A stretch of DNA of 64,000 nt from Promethearchaeota archaeon (GTDB lineage: Archaea; Asgardarchaeota; Lokiarchaeia; Sigyniarchaeales; SOKP01), in contig JAHPZA010000006.1 of NCBI GenBank assembly GCA_019058445.1, positions 864,001 through 928,000 of the forward strand, given 5' to 3'. Below, in pieces: positions 49,465 through 60,899 of this stretch (positions are counted from its first letter, which is position 1; every line of letters begins with the position of its first letter). A program made the translations under genes and the position numbers. The notes beneath the pieces are model-generated. The model had not been told where the DNA came from. It searched no databases and worked only from the letters and a program-made list of their open reading frames with translations.

Positions 49465-51087
49465 ATGAGTAATTCAAAACAAAAATATATTTTAGCAATA
49501 GATCATGGCACTTCTGGAGCAAAAACTGCAATTGTCTCAACACAGGGAAATGTTATTGATTGGGAGTTTGAAGAAGTTCCGTTACATCTTATTGGAAATC
49601 AAGGAGCGGAACAAGACCCTGATGATTGGTGGAATGCAATAGTAAACACTTCTAAAAAACTCATAGATAAGGGGCATGTACCTGTTGAAGATATCGTTGG
49701 GATATGCAATTCAGGCCAATGGGCAGGAACTGTTGCTCTAGATAAGAACGGACACCATCTTATGAATTCTATAATTTGGTTAGATACTCGCGGTGCTCCT
49801 TACATTAAGGAATTAAATAAGGGTTTAATTAAAGTATCAGGATTTTCAGTGTTTAAGGCTATAAAATGGATTAAAATTACTGGTGGAGGTCCCTCCACTG
49901 TTGGAAATGATCCTATTGGGCATATTTATTTGATAAAGAATGAATATCCAGATATTTATGAAAAAACATATATGTTTTTGGAACCTCAAGATTATGTTAA
50001 TTTACGCTTTACAGGTAAATTTGCTGCATCTGAAGCTTCAATCCATATGCATTGGATAACAGATATTAGAGATATCAACAATATTCATTATTCAAAAAAG
50101 CTTTTAAAAACACTAAAGCTTGAACCAGAGAAATTTCCTCAACTAAAAAAGTCTATAGATATCTTAGGGCCTATTAAACCGGATGTTGCGGACTTACTTG
50201 GCTTAAGTAAAGAAACTAAAGTAGTGATGGGATCTCCAGACATAACTACAGCTGTGATTGGCTCAGGAGCCGTTGCAGATTATCAGGGCCATATATATCT
50301 TGGAACCTCCGATTGGCTTGTTTGCCACGTGCCTTATAAAAAATCCGATGTTTTTCATATAATGGCATCTGTACCAGCAGCAATCCCTGGAAAGTATATG
50401 TTTATAAATGAACAGCAAGTTGCTGGGGCAGCTTTGCAGTTTTTAAGAGATAAGATTTTATACCATAAGGATGAGCTTTTAAAAGAAGAAGAAGTACCAG
50501 ATGTATATAAAATTTTTGATAGAATCGCAGAAAAAGTACCTGCTGGTTCTAATAATCTGATTTTTACACCTTGGCTGTATGGAGAGAGGACTCCTATTGA
50601 GGATCTCACTATTCGGGGGGGATTATATAATCTTTCATTAGAAATGACACGTGAACATATTATAAGAGCTATTTTAGAAGGAATAGCATATAATATACGA
50701 TGGTTATTTATGTATGTGGAAAAGAATATTCAAAAATGGGTCATGAAGGAACGAGCTGGGATGACGAAAAAGGATTTTGTGATGCCAGAGCTCAACATAA
50801 TTGGTGGAGGGGCTCAAAGTAATGTGTGGTGTCAAATATTTGCTGACGTTCTGAACAGAAAAATCAAACAGCTAAAAAATCCAATCCAAGCAAATGCTCG
50901 TGGTGCTGCTTTTATAGCTTCCGTAGGGCTTGGATTTATCGATTGGAATGATATCCCTAAATTTACTGAATATTCAAATATTTTTACCCCTAACCCAGAA
51001 AATCGGAAAGTTTATGATAAGCTGTTTAAAGAATTCATCAATATTTATAAAGCTACACGTAAGATGTATAAACGCTTAAATTCATAG
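49465..51087 (+). CDS. FGGY carbohydrate kinase (xylulokinase-like)
   Basis: LAIDHGTSGAK, EQDPDDWW, WLDTR, PWLYGERTP, GGGAQS..WCQIFADV. Confidence 0.9.
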   Translation: MSNSKQKYILAIDHGTSGAKTAIVSTQGNVIDWEFEEVPLHLIGNQGAEQDPDDWWNAIVNTSKKLIDKGHVPVEDIVGICNSGQWAGTVALDKNGHHLMNSIIWLDTRGAPYIKELNKGLIKVSGFSVFKAIKWIKITGGGPSTVGNDPIGHIYLIKNEYPDIYEKTYMFLEPQDYVNLRFTGKFAASEASIHMHWITDIRDINNIHYSKKLLKTLKLEPEKFPQLKKSIDILGPIKPDVADLLGLSKETKVVMGSPDITTAVIGSGAVADYQGHIYLGTSDWLVCHVPYKKSDVFHIMASVPAAIPGKYMFINEQQVAGAALQFLRDKILYHKDELLKEEEVPDVYKIFDRIAEKVPAGSNNLIFTPWLYGERTPIEDLTIRGGLYNLSLEMTREHIIRAILEGIAYNIRWLFMYVEKNIQKWVMKERAGMTKKDFVMPELNIIGGGAQSNVWCQIFADVLNRKIKQLKNPIQANARGAAFIASVGLGFIDWNDIPKFTEYSNIFTPNPENRKVYDKLFKEFINIYKATRKMYKRLNS

Positions 51088-51132
51088 AGCTTGCTATTAC
51101 CCTTTGAATCTAAAAAATTTTCAGATGATATC

Positions 51133-52281
51133 TCATACAGATTCTTGAGCTAAGCCATAAACTAATTTATCCTGCTGAAAAGAATTGATTCGTTCTTGCC
51201 ATTGCATTTTATTTTGTTCAATCCATTCTTTGAATTTTAAAGGGTCTAAATTTTTGATCTCATCGGGAAAAATCTCTCTTAACCTTACAACAATGTTTTG
51301 AATAGATTCAACAGAAAATTCATTTTTGCCATTAAGAGCATCAAGGAATTCGTCAAAATAGAGCATCTGCTTACATGGAATGAATAATCGAATAGTATTT
51401 TTAAGAATCATTTCAAAATTTTTTTGATTTGATAAAAATTCGAAATTCATAGAAAAAGTGGTAAGAAGTCGATTAATCTGTGATAATTTTTGAGTATCTA
51501 TAAACATCTCATTTGTACAGAACTCAACACAGCGATAACATAAATAACATTCTCCTTTATTACTATTTTGATAACCCTCTAAAGTAGGACATATTTTTTC
51601 ACAGAGTCCACAATCGAAACATGACTTAGTTCTTCTTATCTTTAAGGGGCTTATCCTACTCACTAAACTTGCAATAGCACCAAAGGGACACAAATAACGA
51701 CAGAAAGGTCTATAAACAAAGAAACTAATAATGATTATACCAATCAATATTATTAAAGCTATTATCAATAAGATATTTGTTGGATACCAAGGGAAAAGGA
51801 AACCGTTCATAGGATTGAGGAATAATGTAATTTCAAAACCTAAAATCAGGATAAACGTAAAAAATACTCCAAAAAAAATCCAACGCACATAAGGTAAGAT
51901 TTTATTTTTTTTTATTTCTTTATTAAATTCTAAAGTGGGTTTAAATCGCACCATGGAACATAGTTCTTGCATCGCCCCTAGGGGACAAACATAACCACAA
52001 AATATTCTGCTAAAAATTAGAGATATCCCTAGAATTAGAAAAGTTAATCCTGTCAAAAATACAACGTTTGGAAAACCTCCCAAAATAAATCCTCCATACA
52101 CTATTGAAGTTGATAGGAGGATAATTTTTCTCCTTATAGTTAATTTTCGTGTATAGATTAAAATAAATGCTGTTAAGCCGATTAAAACCACTCCAAGAAT
52201 CAAAAAGCCAACTAAAAGGGCACTATCAAACTGAAAAAAATATTTAGAATAATCCAATTGATTCATCATATCTTTTGCCAT
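51133..52281 (-). CDS. Membrane 4Fe-4S protein (NapH/NosR-type)
   Basis: FCGYVCPLG, FCRYLCPFG, CFDCGLCEKICP, CYLCYRCVEFC. Confidence 0.85.
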   Translation of the reverse strand: MAKDMMNQLDYSKYFFQFDSALLVGFLILGVVLIGLTAFILIYTRKLTIRRKIILLSTSIVYGGFILGGFPNVVFLTGLTFLILGISLIFSRIFCGYVCPLGAMQELCSMVRFKPTLEFNKEIKKNKILPYVRWIFFGVFFTFILILGFEITLFLNPMNGFLFPWYPTNILLIIALIILIGIIIISFFVYRPFCRYLCPFGAIASLVSRISPLKIRRTKSCFDCGLCEKICPTLEGYQNSNKGECYLCYRCVEFCTNEMFIDTQKLSQINRLLTTFSMNFEFLSNQKNFEMILKNTIRLFIPCKQMLYFDEFLDALNGKNEFSVESIQNIVVRLREIFPDEIKNLDPLKFKEWIEQNKMQWQERINSFQQDKLVYGLAQESV

Positions 52282-52287
52282 TTTATC

Positions 52288-52866
52288 TTACCCCTCTCTT
52301 AATTTTGTATTTTCTATTTTGATGAAATTATAGATTTTATCATTTTTATCTAATAACCTAAAAAGCCCATTCCCCTGTATCTTAGAAATTATCTCATTTT
52401 CTTCAGAATGATGATCATCTACCGATAGAGTTCCTCCTGATTTTAAAATTCGATAAAACTCTATCACATTCTCACTAAAATTGCCAAGTGCATGCAATGT
52501 ATCAAAACAAATAACAACATCTATACTATTATCTTCTAAATCAGTATTACAATTGGTAAGAATTGTATCTATATTCGTTATACTTTTTTTTGATGCTTTT
52601 TTACTTACTTTTTTAATAGCTAATGGGTGAATATCCGCTGAAAAAACTTTCCCAGTGGAACCTACCATCTCAGCAGCCACAATTGAATAACTTCCTGAAC
52701 CACATCCGTAGTCAAGTACCCAATCGCCAGACTTAATCCCTGTTTTTTCTATTTTATCCATAGGATTCTTAAAATTATCTCTAATAGAGAAACAAAATGA
52801 CATGATTCTGAAATCTATATTCGATTGTGCTTTATCACGCCTCTTTTCAACATGCTTTTTCATCAT
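52288..52866 (-). CDS. Class I SAM-dependent methyltransferase
   Basis: VLDYGCGSG; RILKSGG. Confidence 0.9.
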   Translation of the reverse strand: MMKKHVEKRRDKAQSNIDFRIMSFCFSIRDNFKNPMDKIEKTGIKSGDWVLDYGCGSGSYSIVAAEMVGSTGKVFSADIHPLAIKKVSKKASKKSITNIDTILTNCNTDLEDNSIDVVICFDTLHALGNFSENVIEFYRILKSGGTLSVDDHHSEENEIISKIQGNGLFRLLDKNDKIYNFIKIENTKLREG

Positions 52867-52929
52867 TTTTCTACATCACTTTTTAATTATTTATATTGTT
52901 ATTGTGACTAAACACTTCAACATATATAA

Positions 52930-53904
52930 ATGTTATTGTGTCGAGACAGATCAACAAAATTTAAATATTCTAAAATATATATTTTAAATATGGTAAACGC
53001 TGAAAATTCGTTAATTGATTCTTTAAAGAAAATGGAACTTAATAATGATGAGGCTCAAATTTATTTTAATCTATTGAAATATGGAAAAAATGGTACAATT
53101 GTAAGAAAATTGAGAGAAGATTTACCTTTTATTGAAAGAACAACTTTGTATTCTATTTTAAGAAGACTTATTGAAAAAAGCTGCGTAAAAGAAGCGAGCT
53201 CATCAAAAAAATTAAAAACTTTTATTGCTACAGCCCCAGAGGATTATTTTAATAAAATTTTTTTAAAAAAAAAGCAAGAATTTGAAGAACTTCAGAAAAT
53301 TAAAACCAATTTCTTAGAAAAAATTCAAAAAATATATACTAGAGGATTAGAGTTATCTTATGACGATTTGGATCCTTTTATTTTACCTTATTTTGAACCG
53401 TTGATGGAAAAGGGATGGAAAATTAAAACTCAAAAAATCAGCACGGGGATTAACATATTTGGTGGGGAACAGTATTATGAATATCATACTCAACCTCCAA
53501 ACAACATTGAGAAGGGAATAGACAGTGTAGGACTCATCATAAACATTTACGATTCTGATATTGAAAATGATGATATTACTTTAAAATTTGTAATTAAACA
53601 AATTAAAAAAAGCATTAAACACCTACATAAAGGAGATTTTAATAATTTTAGTCTATTAGATAATGAAATTGAATTATTTGGAAACAAATTTTTATCAATA
53701 ATCATAGAAGCGAGAGAGAAAGAATCTAAGACTTACCTAAAGTTTGGAAAAACAGCAATCTTACCATTCAAAAACAAATTAATATTTATATGGGAAGAAT
53801 TAATCCATGATCAAAAAGGATATAATGAACTTGAGCAAGAGAATGCTTTAAAGGAAATTGTGAAAGCGATTTTCGAAGTAGAACAATTTTCAATTAAAGA
53901 TTAA
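52930..53904 (+). CDS. TrmB-like HTH transcriptional regulator (likely start 52990)
   Basis: L..MEL...EAQIYFNLL...IERTTLYSILRRLIEK...FIATAPE. Confidence 0.75.
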   Translation: MLLCRDRSTKFKYSKIYILNMVNAENSLIDSLKKMELNNDEAQIYFNLLKYGKNGTIVRKLREDLPFIERTTLYSILRRLIEKSCVKEASSSKKLKTFIATAPEDYFNKIFLKKKQEFEELQKIKTNFLEKIQKIYTRGLELSYDDLDPFILPYFEPLMEKGWKIKTQKISTGINIFGGEQYYEYHTQPPNNIEKGIDSVGLIINIYDSDIENDDITLKFVIKQIKKSIKHLHKGDFNNFSLLDNEIELFGNKFLSIIIEAREKESKTYLKFGKTAILPFKNKLIFIWEELIHDQKGYNELEQENALKEIVKAIFEVEQFSIKD

Positions 53905-54016
53905 TTGATATGAGATATTTATCTTTTAATTATTTCTTATTAAAATAATTAAATGAATTATTATTATCTCTTATTATAATAATATTTATTAAATAGATGA
54001 AAAAGTCTAATTCATA

Positions 54017-54925
54017 ATGCTAAAAGAATTAAAGAACTTTTTAATTGAATTTTTTACTTCCAGTGAGCTCAACCGTCTCCATGAGAATTATGGGGGGGGA
54101 AGAATTTTTTCTGATCCTTTAGTAGGTGTAGCTAGTGGAGACGATTACATCTACCAAAAATATAAAGAAGTAATAGGTCCCGAACATTTTACGCCTCTTG
54201 AATTTTGGCAGGTGGAGGGGAAAAATACGGTTCCTGCATCAAAATTACGCATAATATCAATTGTATTTCCCTTTTCTGATGAAATTCGAGAGGGAAGCAA
54301 AAATAGCATCCAGTTAAAGAGGTTAAAACTCCCAGCAGAAATTTATTCTGTAGGTCGTAATTACGCAAATGAATTTAAACAAGAAACATGTCGACAAGTA
54401 ATAAAATTTCTTGAGGATAAAGGGTATAATGGAGTGGCAGGGCTTCTTAGTAAAAATTTCACAATTATATTAAAAGGAACGTTTTATTCAAACTGGTCCG
54501 AAAGACACTCTGCTTTTGCGGCTGGGTTAGGGACGTTTAGTTTGCATGAGGGCTTAATTACTGAAGTAGGGTGCAATGTTAGAATTGGATCTGTCATTAC
54601 AGACGCACCATTAAAAATAACTCCACGAAAAAGTGATGACCCATATGCTAATTGCTTATTTTATTCAAAAGGAACTTGTAAAAAATGCATTGAAAAGTGT
54701 CCTGCAAGTGCTATTTCAGAGGAAGGACATGATAAGAATAAGTGTAATTCTTATAGAATAAAATTAGGACGAAAAGTAAATTTACGTATAGGATCAATCC
54801 TCAAACCACATTATCGTTTCATAAATGGAGAGAGACGCGAACAAGATCCTCCTGTGGGATGTGCTTTTTGTCAATTTGGAGTCCCTTGCATGGATAAAAA
54901 TCCAATGGCTTCTCTTAAAGAATAA
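54017..54925 (+). CDS. Epoxyqueuosine reductase/reductive dehalogenase-like Fe-S protein
   Basis: WSERHSAFAAGLGTF, GCNVRIGSVITD, C...CKKCIEKCP, CAFCQFGVPC. Confidence 0.85.
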   Translation: MLKELKNFLIEFFTSSELNRLHENYGGGRIFSDPLVGVASGDDYIYQKYKEVIGPEHFTPLEFWQVEGKNTVPASKLRIISIVFPFSDEIREGSKNSIQLKRLKLPAEIYSVGRNYANEFKQETCRQVIKFLEDKGYNGVAGLLSKNFTIILKGTFYSNWSERHSAFAAGLGTFSLHEGLITEVGCNVRIGSVITDAPLKITPRKSDDPYANCLFYSKGTCKKCIEKCPASAISEEGHDKNKCNSYRIKLGRKVNLRIGSILKPHYRFINGERREQDPPVGCAFCQFGVPCMDKNPMASLKE

Positions 54926-54968
54926 GATTTAGAAAAAAATTTTTTGTTTTAATTTTTTTTAACTTAAA

Positions 54969-55787
54969 TTAAAGGCTTTCAAGAAACTCTTCCATCACTT
55001 TAATATACTCATTTTTAGCTTCATAATTAATCATATGGCCAATATTTGGGGAAAATACGACTAATTTAGAATTGGGAATTTTTTCATGCATTTTTTTAGA
55101 TTCATCGGGAAGAATGAATATATCTTTATCACCTGTTAATATTAAAGTTGGTACCTTAATGGTATTGAGTTTATCTTCGACATTAAAACTATTCACAATT
55201 GATTCCATCGTCCTAAATCCTACAAATTCCTTATTTTCAAGTGTTTTTTCCGCAAATTCGTTAATAAGAGCATTATTTTCTTTATTTTTTCTAAATTTAC
55301 GATGGAAGCATAAATTAAGAAAGACTGTTTCTACTACTTCTTTATCAATAATTTTCATCTTCCCCGCTTTTATATCTTCGATATACTGGACTAAGCCAGG
55401 ATTTTGTAAAACTGGTGCCGTAGCCATTAAAACGAGCCCATCTAATCTCTTAGCTAAACTTGGAGTGGTAGCATAGATTTGGGCAATCATACCTCCCATA
55501 CTATGGCCATGCAGTATAATCTTTTCATCTCCAATGATTTTTGACAGTGTTTGATCGATATAGTTCGCTAATTCAACCAGTTCATATGACTCAGATTCTG
55601 GTTTGTCACTTTTTCCATGTCCAAGATGATCAATTGCTATAACTCTATATTTATTGGAAAAATAATCAACAAAATCTTCATAGAGCCAAGAACTTCCTAA
55701 ATATCCATGTATGTATACCAGATTCTTCCCTTTTCCTTTATCTAAATAATTGATTTTATAACCTTTTTCAATCTCTACAGTTGGCAT
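54969..55787 (-). CDS. Alpha/beta hydrolase
   Basis: YIHGY, D..GHG.S, GHSMGG nucleophile elbow, GDKD, GH. Confidence 0.9.
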   Translation of the reverse strand: MPTVEIEKGYKINYLDKGKGKNLVYIHGYLGSSWLYEDFVDYFSNKYRVIAIDHLGHGKSDKPESESYELVELANYIDQTLSKIIGDEKIILHGHSMGGMIAQIYATTPSLAKRLDGLVLMATAPVLQNPGLVQYIEDIKAGKMKIIDKEVVETVFLNLCFHRKFRKNKENNALINEFAEKTLENKEFVGFRTMESIVNSFNVEDKLNTIKVPTLILTGDKDIFILPDESKKMHEKIPNSKLVVFSPNIGHMINYEAKNEYIKVMEEFLESL

Positions 55788-55917
55788 TTTAATTTCTCTT
55801 TACAATTATTTTGATTAATTTGAAGATTTTCTTTATATTATTTAAATATTTAAGTTCTTGTCTGAGATATGATTTATCATAATAAATTTCATTAAGTAAT
55901 TATCTTTATTCTTCTCA

Positions 55918-57588
55918 ATGTCATCAAATAAAAATCATTTAGATCCGAGTAAAGCATATGAAAGAGCCCTATACATTGGCTGTGGTTATACATATGAAGA
56001 TTTAGCAAAACCCAGAATTGCAATTGTAAATTCTTGGAATGAAATCAACCCAGGACATCTCCATTTACAGAAGTTAGCGAATTATGTTAAAAAAGGAATA
56101 AAAGAAACCGGGGGAACACCTATGGAATTTAACACCATTGCATCTTGTGATGGAATTGCAAATTCGGGGAGTTTCTCTAAATATATATTACCTTCTAGAG
56201 AGATTATTGCAGCATCAGTAGAGTGTACTATCAAGGCATATAATTTTGATGGGATGGTGATGCTCTGTTCTTGTGATAAAATAATTCCGGGGATGTTAAT
56301 GGCAGCGGCAAGATGTAATATCCCAACAATTTTTTTAACAGGTGGAATTATGGAACCTAAAGTCTTTGAAGATGGCCCTCTGAAAGGAAAAACATTTGTT
56401 ACAAGTGATATTAAAGAAGCAATCGGGGAGTTTAAAGCTGGGAAGATAACTGAGGAAGAATTTTATCTTATTGAATCAAAAACATGTTGTTCACCCGGAG
56501 CATGCAATATGATGGGCACGGCAAATACTATGGCGTGTATTATTGAATCTATGGGGCTATCCTTACCAGGGTGTGCTACGATGAGTGCAATAAGTAAAGA
56601 AAGAGAGGATTTAAGCCGTGAAACAGGCAAGAAAATAATGGAGTTAGTTAATGATAATATTAGGGCATTAGATATAATTACCCATGAATCTATTGAAAAT
56701 AGTATAAAAGTGGCTCTCTCTTTTGGCGGCTCTACAAATATGATTTTACACATGTGTGCCTTATCCCATGAAATTGGAGGCAGTTTGAATCATTTTGATT
56801 TTGACACTTTAAGCAAATCTGTACCACTTTTAGCTAAATTTAAACCTGCTTCTGAATATAACCTTACTGAATTTCACGAGGCTGGAGGAGTTAAAGTATT
56901 AATGAAAAAACTTACAAAAATTTTAGATCTATCCACACTTACAGTTCTTGGAATAACTCTAAAGGATTATTTAGAACTAATCAAAATTCAGGAGTATCAA
57001 ATTATTAGAAACTTTGAAGATGCGATCTCAGAAGAAGGGGGGATAGCTGTTTTAAAAGGCAATTTAGCCCCAGAGGGGGCTATCATTAAACAAAGTGCGG
57101 TTAACTCTAAAATGAGGCATCATAAGGGTCCGGCAAAAGTGTTTGAAAGTGAAGAACAAGTCAGAGATGCGTTGATGAGTGGTAAAGTAGAAGAGGGAGA
57201 CGTTTTGGTTATTAGATATGAGGGTCCTAGAGGTTCGCCCGGGATGAGAGAATTATCAATTCCTGCTGCAATGCTAATAGGAATGGGCTTAGGTGAATCA
57301 GTTGCAATGATAACCGATGGACGATATTCTGGAGCAACGAGAGGTCCTTGTATAGGACATCTGTGTCCAGAAGCAATTGAGGGAGGTCCAATTGCGATTG
57401 TAAAAGAAGGAGATTTAATCGAAATTGACCTTGATAATCGCACGTTGAATCTACTACTTTCAGACGATGATATAAAAGAAAGGCTTAGTAGATGGGTAAA
57501 ACCAGAACCAAAAGTTACATCAGGATTCTTAGATATTTACAGAAAAATTGTAAGTTCTGCGAAATTTGGAGCTTACTTTAAAATATAA
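55918..57588 (+). CDS. ilvD: Dihydroxy-acid dehydratase (IlvD/Edd family)
   Basis: [46 protein letters not shown]. Confidence 0.9.
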   Translation: MSSNKNHLDPSKAYERALYIGCGYTYEDLAKPRIAIVNSWNEINPGHLHLQKLANYVKKGIKETGGTPMEFNTIASCDGIANSGSFSKYILPSREIIAASVECTIKAYNFDGMVMLCSCDKIIPGMLMAAARCNIPTIFLTGGIMEPKVFEDGPLKGKTFVTSDIKEAIGEFKAGKITEEEFYLIESKTCCSPGACNMMGTANTMACIIESMGLSLPGCATMSAISKEREDLSRETGKKIMELVNDNIRALDIITHESIENSIKVALSFGGSTNMILHMCALSHEIGGSLNHFDFDTLSKSVPLLAKFKPASEYNLTEFHEAGGVKVLMKKLTKILDLSTLTVLGITLKDYLELIKIQEYQIIRNFEDAISEEGGIAVLKGNLAPEGAIIKQSAVNSKMRHHKGPAKVFESEEQVRDALMSGKVEEGDVLVIRYEGPRGSPGMRELSIPAAMLIGMGLGESVAMITDGRYSGATRGPCIGHLCPEAIEGGPIAIVKEGDLIEIDLDNRTLNLLLSDDDIKERLSRWVKPEPKVTSGFLDIYRKIVSSAKFGAYFKI

Positions 57589-57658
57589 GCATTTTAATCT
57601 TATTCATATTACTTCTATAGCATTTAAAATCAATATTCCCAATAGAGAATACTAAAGT

Positions 57659-58672
57659 ATGGTTGATAATAGTCCAATGAAAAATTGGCAAATGGGTCCA
57701 TTTAAACGTCCATCCGGAATAAATCCAATTATTAGTCCAATTAAGGAATCTATTTTCGAGTGTCCGATGCAAAAACAAAAAATTAATTGGGAATCGGCGC
57801 ATACTTTTAATCCTGCCGCGATAGTTAATGACGATAAAATTATTCTGCTTTATCGGGCAGAGGATGGCAGAGGTAAGAAAAGGATTGGAGGTCATACATC
57901 TCGTTTAGGATTAGCCGAAAGTTTTGATGGTTTACATTTTAAGCGTAGATCAGAACCAGTATTTTATCCAGCAGATGACTCTCAAAAAGCATTCGAATGG
58001 GAAGGAGGATGCGAAGATCCAAGATTAATCGAAGCAGAAAATGGAACCTATTTCTTAACATATACTCAATGGAATCGAAGAATAGCCCGTTTGGCTATTG
58101 CTTCAAGTAAAGATTTCATTCATTGGGAGAAATATGGATCTGTTTTTGAGAGTGCTAATAATGAATGGAAAAATAAATGGACTAAAGCAGGGGCAATTCT
58201 ATGTGAAATAAAGGAGGGGCGTTTGAAGGCTACAAAAATTAATGACAAATATTGGATGTATTTTGGAGAGTTAAAAATTTGGTTAGCAAGTTCGCTGGAT
58301 TTAATTCATTGGAAACCAGAAAAACTTGTATTAAATCCACGAGAAAGCGGTTTTGATGATGCTTTAGTGGAAACTGGACCTCCAGCGATTTTAACTGAAA
58401 AAGGTATACTATTGTTATATAATGCAAAAAATAAAGAAAGTCGTTCTTATAGCGCCGGACAAGCTTTATTTGATAAAAAAGATCCTATGCAACTCATTGC
58501 TAGAACTGAAAATGCTTTTTTCAAACCAGAAGAATCTTATGAATTGACTGGACAATATACCGCCGGAACTGCTTTTATTGAAGGATTAGTTTATTTTAAA
58601 GAAAAATGGTTTATTTATTACGGATGTGCAGATTCCCTCGTAGCAGTAGCAATATGGGCCCCTAAGGAGTAA
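57659..58672 (+). CDS. GH130 glycoside phosphorylase/hydrolase
   Basis: FNPAA, LYRAED, GGCEDPR, YYGCADS. Confidence 0.9.
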   Translation: MVDNSPMKNWQMGPFKRPSGINPIISPIKESIFECPMQKQKINWESAHTFNPAAIVNDDKIILLYRAEDGRGKKRIGGHTSRLGLAESFDGLHFKRRSEPVFYPADDSQKAFEWEGGCEDPRLIEAENGTYFLTYTQWNRRIARLAIASSKDFIHWEKYGSVFESANNEWKNKWTKAGAILCEIKEGRLKATKINDKYWMYFGELKIWLASSLDLIHWKPEKLVLNPRESGFDDALVETGPPAILTEKGILLLYNAKNKESRSYSAGQALFDKKDPMQLIARTENAFFKPEESYELTGQYTAGTAFIEGLVYFKEKWFIYYGCADSLVAVAIWAPKE

Positions 58673-58722
58673 TTTAAGAAGATGATAAGTTATTAGAAGG
58701 AGAGAAACATTGGTAATTTCCA

Positions 58723-59502
58723 TTACTTCTGGTTTATTATATCATCAACTGTAATCTCAGGATGATGATATCTTTTTCTTCTTGCCGTTTTCTTGCCGTA
58801 TTGAATTGCTTCCTGAGGACAAAAATGAACACATGCTAAACACCGCTGACATCTATGCTGCCATTCAGGTTTTCCATTTACAATTTTTATATTGTTGACT
58901 GGGCAGACCTTCTCACAAAGTTCGCAAGAATTGCATTTTTCATCAGCATAAAACTTTTTATCACTCTTATTAACATTCTTATTAAATAATTTATTAAAAA
59001 AGCTTCCAATAAAAGGAAGAGATGTTTTTTGTAGTTCCTCTCCATTAATTTTAATAATTTCCGTTATTATTTCGATCTCTTCTTTTGCTTGTTTAAAATC
59101 TCTATTATGACTTTCCATAGAGGCAATGTCATACATAGGTATATAATTACCGGGCATTCTGATTGAAAATCCGGCGTTGAGAGTTTTAGCTTTTTTTTTT
59201 AAAATTTTATTTATTTGGTATAATGCGGCTCCAGGGCTGCCATGATGGCTCGTTACTACAGCGAAAATGTAATTTACTTTATCAACCTCTAATTTACCGA
59301 GGAAATCAATTATAATAGAGGGACAACCCATAAAATATATTGGAAAGATCAATCCAACTTTTTCAGATTGAGGAATAATGATATCATGTCTCCATAATTT
59401 TGCGATTGGAATAATTTCAGAATTTTCTAATTTATTAGAAACATCTCTTGCGATATTTAATGAATTGCCTGTACCTGAATAATAATACAGTGGTGTCTTC
59501 AT
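58723..59502 (-). CDS. EFR1-family flavodoxin-fold ferredoxin
   Basis: YYSGTGNS, MPGNY, two CxxCxxCxxxCP motifs. Confidence 0.9.
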   Translation of the reverse strand: MKTPLYYYSGTGNSLNIARDVSNKLENSEIIPIAKLWRHDIIIPQSEKVGLIFPIYFMGCPSIIIDFLGKLEVDKVNYIFAVVTSHHGSPGAALYQINKILKKKAKTLNAGFSIRMPGNYIPMYDIASMESHNRDFKQAKEEIEIITEIIKINGEELQKTSLPFIGSFFNKLFNKNVNKSDKKFYADEKCNSCELCEKVCPVNNIKIVNGKPEWQHRCQRCLACVHFCPQEAIQYGKKTARRKRYHHPEITVDDIINQK

Positions 59503-59628
59503 TTTTAACTCATTTTTAGATTATTATATTATAAATGTAATAAAATTAAAGTTAATAATTAATTTTAATAGAATACAGTTTAGTTTAATAAAAATATCAT
59601 TTCTGAAATATTTTAGCTCCTAAGACTA

Positions 59629-60789
59629 ATGATTGATGAAACTCGAATGAAACAAAATTTAGAGTTACTATCTTTTCCCCGATTAAGTGGAACGGAAGGC
59701 GAGAGAAAGGCGTTTACTATTGTAAAAGAAAAAATAAAGAGTCTAAATTTAGAGCCTTCAGTTCAAAGTTTTTTGTATACCACATTTTATCCCCGTGTTT
59801 ATCAGAAAATTGTTTTCCTAATAACTTTTTGGACTTTATTTCTTGTTTATTTATATTTTGACTTTATGTTTACTATAATAAATCTAATTGTAATATTAGC
59901 AATTTTTATTCCAGTTTTGATAATTACCAGAAAACCTGAGAGGATTAGAATAGGAAAGAAAAGAGAGTCTCAAAATTTATATGTGAAGCTTCTTGGGAAT
60001 AGCGAATATAAAATTAATAATTATGACAGTTTGGAACAAGACAATGTGAGGGGGAATTTATTATTTATGTGCCATCTTGACTCGAAGGGGCAGCGGTTAC
60101 CAATGAAATTCCGGGTCTTTTTTTTTAAATTATGGATATATTCCTCAATATTAAGCGTGATTATAGTTTTATTAAAAATTTTTATTTTTATCCAGTATAC
60201 ATTCTGGTTCTTTATTATAGGGGCTGTTCCTTTATCCTTAAATTTTTTATCAGCGATTGCCCTCTGTTTAAATACCACCAATAATGAATCTCCAGGAGCA
60301 ACAGACAATGCTTCTGGAGTGATATGTGTTTTGGAGCTACTACAATACTATTCAGATTTAAAAATTAGATTAAATAATTACAATTTATGGTTTTTATTTA
60401 CAGGAGCCGAAGAGAATGGCACGATTGGAGCTCGCCACCTCTATAATAAAGTAAAACATCTTGATAAAGCAAAAACATTTATGCTTAACTTCGATACTAT
60501 TGGAAGATCCATAGATGTTATAACAGATGAGAGAGGCGAATTTTTTTTTAGAAATACAAAGGATTTTACAGTTACGTACCATACGCCTAAGAGAATTAGA
60601 TTATCTCGGAGTGATGCGTATATTTTTGCCGATAAAGGTATCGGAGGATTTGGTGTTTTAGATAAACAATCCTTCAAATATGCTCATACTAAAGAAGATA
60701 CTATTGATAAAGTAGATGTTAATCTTTTAAAAAAACTTTTAATACATATAGTTTTAACGTTAAAATATATTGATAGAAGCCCGCCTTAA
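59629..60789 (+). CDS. Membrane-embedded M28 peptidase
   Basis: CHLDSK, GATDNASG, GAEE.G..G, NFDTIG, HTKED; TM insertions. Confidence 0.85.
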   Translation: MIDETRMKQNLELLSFPRLSGTEGERKAFTIVKEKIKSLNLEPSVQSFLYTTFYPRVYQKIVFLITFWTLFLVYLYFDFMFTIINLIVILAIFIPVLIITRKPERIRIGKKRESQNLYVKLLGNSEYKINNYDSLEQDNVRGNLLFMCHLDSKGQRLPMKFRVFFFKLWIYSSILSVIIVLLKIFIFIQYTFWFFIIGAVPLSLNFLSAIALCLNTTNNESPGATDNASGVICVLELLQYYSDLKIRLNNYNLWFLFTGAEENGTIGARHLYNKVKHLDKAKTFMLNFDTIGRSIDVITDERGEFFFRNTKDFTVTYHTPKRIRLSRSDAYIFADKGIGGFGVLDKQSFKYAHTKEDTIDKVDVNLLKKLLIHIVLTLKYIDRSPP

Positions 60790-60899
60790 ACATTTTGGAA
60801 GATTTCCCATATTTTTGAAAACGGATCCTTTATTTTAAGATAATTATTTTTTTTTAGAAATTTGTTTTTTTTTAAAAATAACGATATTATTTCAATAGT

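Noticed and set aside
1894-60677. Numerous short antisense or nested ORFs in the track (e.g. 3856..4341, 5832..6236, 20897..21349, 55072..55476)
   Set aside because: Shadows of well-supported genes on the opposite strand or frame
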